Position numbers and translations under genes: made by a program. Positions 46,248 through 55,032 of a stretch of 64,000 nucleotides of DNA are shown piece by piece (position 1 is the stretch's first letter; each line of letters opens with the position of its first letter). The DNA lies in contig JAUREJ010000008.1 of NCBI GenBank assembly GCA_030827475.1, positions 95 to 64,094 on the forward strand, in the 5' to 3' direction. The notes beneath the pieces are model-generated. The model saw only the letters and a list, made by a program, of their open reading frames with translations. It was not told the origin of the DNA and did no database searches. Source of the DNA: Poseidonia sp. GTDB taxonomy: Archaea; Thermoplasmatota; Poseidoniia; Poseidoniales; Poseidoniaceae.

Positions 46248-49200
46248 CGCGAGAGTTCATCGATGAACGCCATGTCCTCAATGCTCTCGCCGTGACGCAA
46301 GGCGGGGCTTGAGAAACCGGCCAAGTCGGCAAACTCGCTGTCACCAAGCTGCGCCTTGTTGATGCTGGATTCTCGGTTCGCCAAGGCAGCCTTCTTTTTC
46401 TTCTTCTTGCGGCGGCGGCGACGAATGAAGAGCACCAAGAGAATGAGAACGATGGTTGGGTAGACCCAGAACTGAATCAAGAAGTAAATCCAACCCACTT
46501 CAATGCGGTAGGAGATCTCGTCAGAAAACTCACCGGGCGGCACCACGTAGGTGATGACTTGGCGACCACCCTCCTCGCTCAAAATGAGGTTGCCCGAGGA
46601 GGAGGTGGCGTCCACGATTTGTATGCCGCGTGGAAGGGTGAACGAGACGGGACCGGTATACGCCAAGCCGTTGTCTTCGAGAATCGTCGTGTTGACGGTC
46701 CCGGTTTCGACGCGAATCGTCTCTTGTTCTTGAGGCGGGTACATCACGCCGCTCCCGCTCACAATGGAGGATTGCAAGCCGGTCGTGAAGGTGTCTGTTG
46801 CCATTTTTAGAGGCCGATTGAACACGGATTGGATGGTGCTCGTGATGACGCTTAGCCTGATGTCGTTCGGATCGGTTTCGGCCAATTCAAACCATCCAAG
46901 TCCCGTCCCGATGGTGAACGTGACCTCGGGGATGGACACCGAGAGGGTGATGGGCTCATCGTCGCTCACCGTCGCATCGGGGGCATCTATACCGGAAATA
47001 GACGTCCGGATTTCAAAGGCAGAGAGGTCCATGTCAGTGACTGAACCGTCTTCTTCTGCCAGCGTACCGGCCTGGTGCAGAAGGTCGGTGAGGGAGGTGC
47101 CGATGAGTTCGGTGAAGTCCTTCAAGCCCTGGCGGGTTGCCGTAAGTTCGACCGGTTCGTCGCAAATCTGCATGTCGAACTCTGTGGGGTCACAAAGTTC
47201 GATTTCACCGGAGGACAGCGGTTCTTCCATACGGCTGGAGAGGTCGATGATCAAGCGAATCAAATCGGAAGGAATCGCTTCCATCGAGACTTTGGTGTCG
47301 CCTTGGTCGGGGAGTTGTTCGGTGGGTATGCCGATGCGATAGACGCTGAATTCAGCGTCCAAAGCGAGGGTGAACGAGACCGAAGCGCTCCATTCGTTGA
47401 AGTTGATGGCAGAGAGGTCAAAGTCAACCTCGGACCGTACGCAGGAACTTTGGTTCGCAAAGCAAATGACGTTGCCTTCCTCGTCCAAGATTTCGTGTTC
47501 CCAGTCGTAGGGGTCGTTTCCAGTGAAGGAAATATCGGTGGCTTGGGTCCCCTCAACCGTTTTTTCGAGGACGATTTTTGAAGTTCCGTCAATCGTTGTG
47601 ACCCAGTTGGGCAAGATGATTTCAACGGTGAGTTCAGAGGGTGGAAGGTTGTCGGGGATAATGGTGTCGAGGTAACTGGAATCCAGGACGGTTTCCAAAG
47701 AAATACCGGAGTTCATCAAGCGTTCTAAATCGCTGCTCTGCACGCCATCGAGGAAATCATCGATCATCGCATTGGTGTTGTAGGCTTGGAGAATATCGAT
47801 GAGGTTCATCGAAAACGGTTCGCTGGAGGTCTGCAAGTAGATGGGGTAGGTCGCACCCATGGCTTCGCTCCCTTCAAGGCAGTAGTACAAGACCTGCCCT
47901 GCGCCGACCGGCTCAGCGCAGCCCGTGCTGTGCGTGTAATTCAGGCCGCCTGCCGTCTGGAAAATGCCTGTGCCGCTGGTGGAGCCAACCCATTCGAGGT
48001 CGCTCATCGTGATATCACCCACGCCCGCCACCGTGTCGCCCAATCCCGAAACGATGTCACCAACGGGGAACTGGTCGGTGAATTGCGTCAGATCAACGAT
48101 GCCGTTGTGGTAGGCCAACCGAATCCCGTCAGAAGTGATGACCGGAATCGTCGCCATTGAAGCGACGTCAAACATGTTGATGCCCCACTCATCCAAGGTT
48201 TCAGCATCGAGGTAGTGCAAACCTGCTGCGAAGCTCACGGTGGCTGCGTATTCATCGCTCAAATCCAAAACAAGGTGCACGTCAAGCGCCTTCGTACCGT
48301 CCTCAATCCACACCGTGGGGGTTGCGGATGTGTTACGATGGCCCATTCGGAGGTCAACCGTTTGCTGTAGGTCGGTGGCGGACTCCGCGGCGTTGAGATG
48401 GTCCATGGACCATGAGGCTGACATGGAACCGGGCACGCCGGGCTGAGCCGAGAGGCTCCCGCTTGCATCGACGGCGAGGACCGTGGAATACGGGGACGGG
48501 TTGATGGTAAAACTGGCTTTGTGGCCGGGTTGGGCGGTCAACTCAAAGGAAGTGTTGATTTCTGCTCCCATCGTCAACAGGCCCCGATACGTGCGCTCGA
48601 GATCCAAATCACCGCCGGCAACGAGGTTGAAATTGCTCGCAGCCAACTGCACGGAAGCCGTGGCCGTGAAGCACAACGGCGGCTCAAACACGTTGTCGAC
48701 GCTCGCTCCTTCAGCCAAGGCATCGGTCGTGTCATCGGTTGAGCAGTCCACCGGTGCTTCGTCACCGACCACGAAGGTGTTCGTGTAATCGGTGGAGAGG
48801 CTCGTGACGGTGCCGAATCCGGATTCGAGTGCAGACTCAATGGCATCGTTCACTTCGGATTTCAGTTTCTGCCCAACCGTTGGCGAACCAGGGCCAGCGG
48901 TTTCCTGGTTGAACGAATGACGGATCAAGTCCGCAGGGGCACCGTCGTTGGCGTCGAGTCCGTCGGTCTGTTCGAGTGCATCCCCGACGATGGTGCCTGA
49001 TCCGAGGCCGAGCGAATCCCGATCAAACTCACGAACGGCCCACGTGAGTTGCAAATCGATGCTCGAGGTCGAGACGAAGTCAAACACGTAATTGCCTTCC
49101 ACCCAATCTTGGCGTTCGGGTGTCATGTCATCGGCGTGGTCGTAGGTGTCGCAGGTGCCACCGGTGTTGCTGCAGGCCTGCATCCCCGTGGCGCTAACGA

Positions 49201-49288
49201 TGGGCGCCAGCAACTGAAGGGTGAAGATCGCAACGAGGGTCAACGACATACGACGTGCGAGGGTGGAGGCCCGGGGAGGATTCGTCAT
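46244..49288 (-). CDS. orphan large type-I surface protein (no recognisable domain) with poly-Arg/Lys stop-transfer
   Basis: 1014 aa from ATG 49288 (MTNPPRASTLARRMSLTLVAIFTLQLLAPIVSATG). C-terminal TM VYPTIVLILLVLFI followed by RRRRRKKKKKK. ATG 49249 is an alternative. Confidence 0.7.
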   Translation of the reverse strand: MTNPPRASTLARRMSLTLVAIFTLQLLAPIVSATGMQACSNTGGTCDTYDHADDMTPERQDWVEGNYVFDFVSTSSIDLQLTWAVREFDRDSLGLGSGTIVGDALEQTDGLDANDGAPADLIRHSFNQETAGPGSPTVGQKLKSEVNDAIESALESGFGTVTSLSTDYTNTFVVGDEAPVDCSTDDTTDALAEGASVDNVFEPPLCFTATASVQLAASNFNLVAGGDLDLERTYRGLLTMGAEINTSFELTAQPGHKASFTINPSPYSTVLAVDASGSLSAQPGVPGSMSASWSMDHLNAAESATDLQQTVDLRMGHRNTSATPTVWIEDGTKALDVHLVLDLSDEYAATVSFAAGLHYLDAETLDEWGINMFDVASMATIPVITSDGIRLAYHNGIVDLTQFTDQFPVGDIVSGLGDTVAGVGDITMSDLEWVGSTSGTGIFQTAGGLNYTHSTGCAEPVGAGQVLYYCLEGSEAMGATYPIYLQTSSEPFSMNLIDILQAYNTNAMIDDFLDGVQSSDLERLMNSGISLETVLDSSYLDTIIPDNLPPSELTVEIILPNWVTTIDGTSKIVLEKTVEGTQATDISFTGNDPYDWEHEILDEEGNVICFANQSSCVRSEVDFDLSAINFNEWSASVSFTLALDAEFSVYRIGIPTEQLPDQGDTKVSMEAIPSDLIRLIIDLSSRMEEPLSSGEIELCDPTEFDMQICDEPVELTATRQGLKDFTELIGTSLTDLLHQAGTLAEEDGSVTDMDLSAFEIRTSISGIDAPDATVSDDEPITLSVSIPEVTFTIGTGLGWFELAETDPNDIRLSVITSTIQSVFNRPLKMATDTFTTGLQSSIVSGSGVMYPPQEQETIRVETGTVNTTILEDNGLAYTGPVSFTLPRGIQIVDATSSSGNLILSEEGGRQVITYVVPPGEFSDEISYRIEVGWIYFLIQFWVYPTIVLILLVLFIRRRRRKKKKKKAALANRESSINKAQLGDSEFADLAGFSSPALRHGESIEDMAFIDELSR

Positions 49289-49310
49289 TGTGTTGTGCTG
49301 GGGTCGGGAA

Positions 49311-49320
49311 CTTGAAAGGA
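49311..49320. promoter_or_regulatory. single central box CTTGAAAGGA shared by two divergent genes
   Basis: The 52-nt intergenic region has only one AT-rich element. TTGAAAGG starts 29 nt before ATG 49341 (+). Its complement TTTCAAG starts 29 nt before ATG 49288 (-). Confidence 0.5.
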
Positions 49321-49340
49321 GTTCCCCTCGTCCCCTCCCC

Positions 49341-50480
49341 ATGGAGACCCCTCCGGATACGGTGAGGTACGCCGTTGTCCGTCGGACAGACGGGGGTCGT
49401 GTTCATCGTTCGCTCAAGAAGGAAGCCTGGTTGGACCCTCGCATTGAACCCCTCACCTTCGAGGACGACGAGGTCGCCTTCCCGTTGACCGACGCGGCCG
49501 ATGAGGACCGTCTGATCCACCTGCTTGGCGTACCGGTTCGGTTGCTCGTCCAAGCCGCCGCAGTACGTGACCCCGTCGACCCCCATGGGAAACTCCAGAA
49601 AGCGGTGAATGACTGGCTTTCAGCATACGGTTTAGCGCCACATTACCTCGCCGATGTCATTCCGAAAAAATGGGAACGCCTTGGGGAATTGGCCTTGCTC
49701 CCCGCTCACCTTTCCAGCAACGCTGCGTGGACTGAAGTGCGAAGCCATCCAAACATCCGAGCGCTTTGGACGGCGATGGCCTCGGCCCTCCAGGTCACCG
49801 CTCTGGGCATCCAGCATCCAATTGCAGACGATACGTTTCGTTCATCGCAGGTGGAGATGCTTGTTGGATCGCCCGAAGTTCGCTTTCTCGACCACGGCAT
49901 CACCTATGCTTTTGATGCATCCAAGGTGATGTTCTCTTCGGGCAACGTGACCGAACGACGGCGCATCGGAACCCTCAACATGCAGGGAGAGACCGTGATT
50001 GATGCGTATGCTGGCGTGGGCTACTACACGCTGCCCATGCTCGTTCACAGCGGCGCAGCCATCGTTCATGCTTGCGAAATCAATCCCGCTTCCGTTGCAG
50101 GCTTGAAAGAAGCTGCTCAACTCAACGGTGTGGCCGACCGCCTCACGGTGCACGAAGGGGACAACGCGCTGACGCTACCGGCCCTGCAAGGGATGGCTGA
50201 CCGCTGCCACCTTGGCCTGCTGCCGTCCTCTGAGCCTGCATGGGCGGCCTGCATGGCGGCCCTGAAACCAACGGGCGGGGTCCTTCACGTCCACATGAAC
50301 GTGGAGGAAGAGCACATCGATGCATGGAAAGCACGCACCGTGGAGCGATTTCAGCAACTTGCCAAAAGCCAAGGCCGTCACGCCGCCGTGAGCGCTGAGC
50401 ACCTTGAGAAGGTCAAATGGTTCGCTCCACGGGTGCGCCATGTCGTGTTGGACGTCAGGGTTCGTCCGTTGGCGCCTTGA
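49341..50480 (+). CDS. taw2: tRNA wybutosine-synthesizing protein 2 / Trm5-family (Met-10+) transferase
   Basis: 379 aa from ATG 49341. KKWERLGELALLP, FSSGNVTERRRI, VIDAYAGVGYYTLP, HLGLLPSSEPAW...GGVLHVHMNV. Confidence 0.75.
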   Translation: METPPDTVRYAVVRRTDGGRVHRSLKKEAWLDPRIEPLTFEDDEVAFPLTDAADEDRLIHLLGVPVRLLVQAAAVRDPVDPHGKLQKAVNDWLSAYGLAPHYLADVIPKKWERLGELALLPAHLSSNAAWTEVRSHPNIRALWTAMASALQVTALGIQHPIADDTFRSSQVEMLVGSPEVRFLDHGITYAFDASKVMFSSGNVTERRRIGTLNMQGETVIDAYAGVGYYTLPMLVHSGAAIVHACEINPASVAGLKEAAQLNGVADRLTVHEGDNALTLPALQGMADRCHLGLLPSSEPAWAACMAALKPTGGVLHVHMNVEEEHIDAWKARTVERFQQLAKSQGRHAAVSAEHLEKVKWFAPRVRHVVLDVRVRPLAP

Positions 50481-51486
50481 TGTCCTCGACCATTTCAGCG
50501 TCCATCACCAATTCCGCTTCAACCACCCCGGCGCTGCCGTCCGTTGGGTCCGGCTGGTCACCCTCATCTCGAGCCGTGTAGAGCACGTACACAACCCCGC
50601 CCCCGGCCAGCACGATCAACAACGGCAACCCCACGACGACCATCATGTCTTGAAGGAAGGTGGATTCGCTTTGTGTATCGACCACGGGGTTGCGAATGCT
50701 GCCGTCAGGGTCCGCCACCCCGATCATGCGCATCGACAGAATCTGGGCCTGATAGACGGGGCGGCCTGCGGAAGATGCGGGGTTCTGAATTTCCTCAAGC
50801 CCGGTCAAATCGTCGGTGGTTGGGGTCAGCGCAATGGCTCGAATGTGAGTCATCCCGTCGCGGACGATACCGAACGTGGCATAGCCCTCATCGTCGCGAT
50901 TCTCGGGATCAAGCCCGTGCGCTTCGGTCTCGGCGATGTACCATTGCGAATCGGCTGAATCGGGGTCGGCGCTGCGAGCCATGCCGATAGCGCCGTCCAC
51001 ATGGGAGAGGTTGTCGTCATGCTCCAATGGGATGGTTTCACCGGTCCCGCCGCTGCCGCACTGCGGGCTGGTTGCGGGGTAAACACCGATTTCTCGACAG
51101 GTTGGATCACCGGATTGGGTGACGAAGTCATCGATGACTCGATGGAAGAAAATGCCGTCGTACAACCCCGATTCGACGTGTTGGATCATGTTCGTCGTCG
51201 TGATGGGCGCCCACTGCTCGAACAATTCAATGATGACCGTGCCTTCAGTCCGAGCGGAAAGGTGCCCCTCAACATAGGAGACATTCATTTCGATGACGGC
51301 GTTGCCCGAGTAGGACGCCATCATCGGCGAATCCTCGGCCTCTGGACGGTCCGTCCAGGCTTCGGGGTCAAGGCCTACCGAGCGCCAACCCGACGGTTCG
51401 TCTTCGGCCGTGACCGAAACAGCGGCAACGAGTGGAAGAAGCAAGACCGACACCAAGAGCAGCGCCCTTCGATGTTTGCGAGCCAT
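50455..51486 (-). CDS. exported cyclophilin-type peptidyl-prolyl isomerase with C-terminal TM anchor
   Basis: 343 aa from ATG 51486 (MARKHRRALLLVSVLLLPLVAAVSV; the track start 51504 is GTG). FFHRVIDDFVTQSGDP, ARSADPDSADSQWYI. TM MMVVVGLPLLIVLAGGGVVYVLY. Confidence 0.85.
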   Translation of the reverse strand: MARKHRRALLLVSVLLLPLVAAVSVTAEDEPSGWRSVGLDPEAWTDRPEAEDSPMMASYSGNAVIEMNVSYVEGHLSARTEGTVIIELFEQWAPITTTNMIQHVESGLYDGIFFHRVIDDFVTQSGDPTCREIGVYPATSPQCGSGGTGETIPLEHDDNLSHVDGAIGMARSADPDSADSQWYIAETEAHGLDPENRDDEGYATFGIVRDGMTHIRAIALTPTTDDLTGLEEIQNPASSAGRPVYQAQILSMRMIGVADPDGSIRNPVVDTQSESTFLQDMMVVVGLPLLIVLAGGGVVYVLYTARDEGDQPDPTDGSAGVVEAELVMDAEMVEDIKAPTDEP

Positions 51487-51576
51487 GGCTTGGGCAGCCA
51501 CCACACCCCCATGAAATCAACGGCGAGAAGGGCAGCGAAACATCAACACCAAAAGGGAGAATGAAAAGCGGTATCC

Positions 51577-51948
51577 ATGGACGAAGAATCGACCTTCTTG
51601 CCCGACCTGACGCTTGGCTACGGACTCTTCCTCGTGGTGTGGGGAATCGTTGTCTCGCTCGCCTCCTCCTCGGAATCCGTGACCTCGTACTTCCCAAGTT
51701 TCCTCGGTGCGCCGCTCGCAATCTCGGGATGGATGGCGAAGTCAAAGCCTGAGAAACGGAAGTTGTGGATGCACATCGCCGTGACCTTCGGTCTGCTTTG
51801 TGCCCTCGGCGGCACGCGTTTCTTCATGGTCATGGGCGATGGTCTTGACTATGCGAGCGGTTCCATGCTGATGCTCTTCCTGACGGGTTCCGCCTACACC
51901 GCACTCTGCGTTCGTTCCTTCATCCAGGCTCGAAAAGCAACCCAATGA
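51577..51948 (+). CDS. small polytopic membrane protein (hypothetical)
   Basis: 123 aa with four hydrophobic segments. First gene of a plus-strand unit with the S15 peptidase and REC genes. Confidence 0.55.
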   Translation: MDEESTFLPDLTLGYGLFLVVWGIVVSLASSSESVTSYFPSFLGAPLAISGWMAKSKPEKRKLWMHIAVTFGLLCALGGTRFFMVMGDGLDYASGSMLMLFLTGSAYTALCVRSFIQARKATQ

Positions 51949-51960
51949 AGCGTCAGCCTC

Positions 51961-53853
51961 ATGACGGAGAGAAGGATGCTTGAATTCATGGCCGAGGCAG
52001 CGTCCCCTTCCGAGGGTGAACTCACGACCTCCGAAGGCCATGCCCAGCGACAATTGAATTTCTCCGCCGGAGCCACCATCGCCGTCGCCATCGTGTTCCT
52101 GTTGCTGGCCATGACCGTGGGGCCATCAGCCACGAACGCCAGCGACGAAAAGGCCGCGTTCGCCGGCGATTGGTGGAACACGCCGCTGCAATTACGTCAC
52201 ACCATGGACCTGCCCATGGACACGATGCGAGCTCAACTTCCCGAGAACGGCACCTACGAAGTCCTGCCCTATGAGGAGCATTTCGTCGAGGTTGACCTCC
52301 CGCCCAGCGAGCAGGATGCGGGCTTCCCCGGACCGGCCCTGATGCACGTCGCTCTTTGGCTGCCCGATGTTCCCGAGGGCACGAAGGTCCCCGTCATCAT
52401 GACCATCCACCCCTACTACGACTTTGGGGGTGAGGGGATCGCCGGAGCCGATTCCGCCCCCAACACCGTTCCCGACGGCGGCGTGGGCAAGTGGGTCTAC
52501 GATACCTTCGTACCGCACGGCTACGCCCTGGCCCAAGCGTCCACCTTCGGCACCGGAGAATCAACCCACTGTCAAGACGTGAAGGGCTTGGGCGAGCAAA
52601 CCGGTATCCAAGCCGTTGTCGACTGGTTGGGCGAGCAAGACTGGTCCAACGGCAACGTCGGCCTCATGGGCAAATCCTACGCCGGTACGACCAATTGGGA
52701 AGCCGCCCAACAACCGTCGCCTTACCTGAAGACCATCGTACCGATATCGGGGTCCATCGGGGTGCAAGAGATGTTCTATCGAAACGGCTCGTCGGAGAGC
52801 CGCGCCATGGTGTACGATGCGCTGTACGAAGGCTCCACCTTCGACCCGGGCACCGACGACATGCGCATGTGCAGCGACGATATCATCGGACCGCTCAACC
52901 CCCTCACGACCTGGGCGGGTGCTGAGGTCGGGGGAGCGGAATGGAACGACTACTGGGACGAGCGCCGCCACCTGCCCGACGTGCTCGCCAATTACCAAGG
53001 AAGCGTCTACCTCGTTTGGGGCCTTCAAGATTGGAACGTTGACCCCTACCACGCCTTCCCCACGTACCAGCTGATGCGGGATGCGGGCATCAACGCTCGC
53101 GCCATCGCCGGCCAGTGGGCGCACAATTACCCCGACCAGCCGGACCGTCACAGCGAGATGACGAGCGGGTACGGCGCTGAAGCCTACCCCAACATGAGCC
53201 GCATGGATTGGGCGGTGGAACTCTACGGCTGGTTCAACTACTACCTGAAGGACATCGGCGAAGAGCCCGAACCGATGGTGCAGATCCAAACCCACGATGG
53301 AAAATGGCACGTCGAGGAGACTTGGCCGCCCGAAGACATGACCTGGTGGCCCGTTCCGCTGGACAGCACCGAGGGTGCTGGTGGCACAGTGAACGCCAAC
53401 AATCAGCGAACGTTCACGCTCCCAGCCCTCGAACAACCCGCCCACATCTCCGGATTGCCGACCTTGCATTTGTCGGTCAACACCCTGGCCTGTCAGGGTG
53501 GGCAAATCTTCGCAACGATGTACGCTGACGGTTTGCGAGTCGGCCACGCAACGATGGACGTCCGCTACAGGGACGGCGGTTACGAAGCGCAAACGGCCCT
53601 CCCCTTCTCCGCTTACACGATGCTGATGGAGTTCAACCCGATGGACGTCGACCTCCAGGCAGGGGCGGTCATCGAGGTCGTGCTGACCGAATCGGGTGAG
53701 GATTACTTGCCGAGCCCCTGTGCAGCCGTGGGCCTTAACGTGAATTTCGATGCGGAATCCACCCTCAGCTTGCCGCTGATCGACCGGCCCGCCGATGACG
53801 AGCGATGGTTCCTCGCCCCACCATGGTGGGAGCAACAACCGATTCCTTCGTGA
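51961..53853 (+). CDS. X-Pro dipeptidyl-peptidase (S15) / CocE-NonD family hydrolase, N-terminally anchored
   Basis: 630 aa. N-terminal TM ATIAVAIVFLLLAMTVG. Nucleophile elbow LMGKSYAGTT. The C-terminal beta-sandwich region is typical of the family. Confidence 0.8.
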   Translation: MTERRMLEFMAEAASPSEGELTTSEGHAQRQLNFSAGATIAVAIVFLLLAMTVGPSATNASDEKAAFAGDWWNTPLQLRHTMDLPMDTMRAQLPENGTYEVLPYEEHFVEVDLPPSEQDAGFPGPALMHVALWLPDVPEGTKVPVIMTIHPYYDFGGEGIAGADSAPNTVPDGGVGKWVYDTFVPHGYALAQASTFGTGESTHCQDVKGLGEQTGIQAVVDWLGEQDWSNGNVGLMGKSYAGTTNWEAAQQPSPYLKTIVPISGSIGVQEMFYRNGSSESRAMVYDALYEGSTFDPGTDDMRMCSDDIIGPLNPLTTWAGAEVGGAEWNDYWDERRHLPDVLANYQGSVYLVWGLQDWNVDPYHAFPTYQLMRDAGINARAIAGQWAHNYPDQPDRHSEMTSGYGAEAYPNMSRMDWAVELYGWFNYYLKDIGEEPEPMVQIQTHDGKWHVEETWPPEDMTWWPVPLDSTEGAGGTVNANNQRTFTLPALEQPAHISGLPTLHLSVNTLACQGGQIFATMYADGLRVGHATMDVRYRDGGYEAQTALPFSAYTMLMEFNPMDVDLQAGAVIEVVLTESGEDYLPSPCAAVGLNVNFDAESTLSLPLIDRPADDERWFLAPPWWEQQPIPS

Positions 53854-53862
53854 GGCCGCAGC

Positions 53863-54246
53863 ATGCGTGTCTTGGCGTTCGAGGATCACTACGACATCGA
53901 AGCCATGCTCGTTGCTGGCGGCGTGAACACCGAAGGGTGGGTCATCGAGCAGCGATGGAATTCAAGCGATGCTCTCCAGCACATCGAGGCCTTCACACCC
54001 GACGTGCTGCTGCTCGACCATTACATGCCGCCGGTCACTGGACGCGAAGTGCTCAAAGCGCTCTTGGCTTCTTCCGTGAGGCGGCCTACGACCATCGCAG
54101 CCATCTCCAGCGACCCGTCAAAAAACGAGGCCATGTGCACGCTTGGGGCCAACCTTGCCGTGGTGAAGTTCGAGGTGCACCGCTTGCCCTGTTGGACCTC
54201 GGTTGAGGAGGAGGCCCCCCGGAAGGACGCTCAGTCCTCGTCGTAG
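53863..54246 (+). CDS. single-domain response regulator (REC only)
   Basis: 127 aa. MRVLAFEDH (acidic pocket), VLLLDHYMP (phospho-acceptor Asp), AAISSD, VVKF (Lys). SD-like TGAGG 7 nt upstream. Confidence 0.75.
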   Translation: MRVLAFEDHYDIEAMLVAGGVNTEGWVIEQRWNSSDALQHIEAFTPDVLLLDHYMPPVTGREVLKALLASSVRRPTTIAAISSDPSKNEAMCTLGANLAVVKFEVHRLPCWTSVEEEAPRKDAQSSS

Positions 54247-54956
54247 GGCTGCCACTCGGTTTGACCTTCTTCTCGGTACCACCAGTAGCCGTCTTCGTCT
54301 TCGAACCATTCGACGCCGTTCTCGTCGATGGAGTAACTGTCGTCGTCGTACTCTTCCTCTTCGACTTCTTCTTCAACGGCCGCATTCGGGTCAGCGATAC
54401 CGCTCTCTTCGGCGATGCGGCGCTTGGCGTCGTCCACATCGGACTCGGCGCCACCGAAAACGCGGTTTGAGGTGCGAATTTCGGCTTGGTGGTCGCCCTG
54501 TCGGATGGCGTTATCGGATTCTTCGTAGAATTCCTCGGTCATGCGCTCCCTGAACTCGTCAAACTCATCTCGGCCAAAACTACCGGTGAATTCGTCGCCT
54601 TTGGCCCGCATCAAGTCGTCCAAGTTGGTTCGTTTTCCAAGGTTCAATTCAGGTGCATCGGGAAGGTCGCCAGCGTAGAAACCGTCTTCCTCGGTGCCCA
54701 CCTTGCCGAAAACCCGTCCTTCGGGGTCGGCTTCTTCAATGGCTTCGATAATCAAATCGTGCTCCTCTTGATCGATGGTCTCTTCCTCGTACGCATCACC
54801 CACAGTGTCGACCAGTGCGTCGAGTTGGGATGCGAGTTGGTCTTCATCGTCCTCGAATTGTTCCGAGAGTTTCTCAACCTGCTTCAGCAAGCGCTCGTAG
54901 GGGGTTCCCGTGATGGCCCCGAGGAATCGACCGAAGCCGCCTTTTTTCTTCGCCAT
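54231..54956 (-). CDS. highly acidic soluble protein with C-terminal WW-like Trp motif
   Basis: 241 aa from ATG 54956 (MAKKKGGFGRFLG...). Very Asp/Glu-rich. C-terminus ENGVEWFEDEDGYWWYREEGQTEWQPYDED. TTGAAGAA box 29 nt upstream (54985-54978). Confidence 0.65.
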   Translation of the reverse strand: MAKKKGGFGRFLGAITGTPYERLLKQVEKLSEQFEDDEDQLASQLDALVDTVGDAYEEETIDQEEHDLIIEAIEEADPEGRVFGKVGTEEDGFYAGDLPDAPELNLGKRTNLDDLMRAKGDEFTGSFGRDEFDEFRERMTEEFYEESDNAIRQGDHQAEIRTSNRVFGGAESDVDDAKRRIAEESGIADPNAAVEEEVEEEEYDDDSYSIDENGVEWFEDEDGYWWYREEGQTEWQPYDED

Positions 54957-55032
54957 GAAGGTGCGTTCCGCTGACACTTCTTCAAAGATTGTCCTGCGTG
55001 GGACTTTTGACGGGCGAATGCATGGAGCGGTC

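Noticed and set aside
46391-46423. Homopolymer-like ctt/ttt run followed by a gcg/gcg run, which could be a slippery or phase-variable tract.
   Set aside because: It encodes the K6/R5 stop-transfer directly after the TM helix of the 1014-aa protein. It is made of mixed codons (aag/aaa, cgc/cgt), not a true mononucleotide run.
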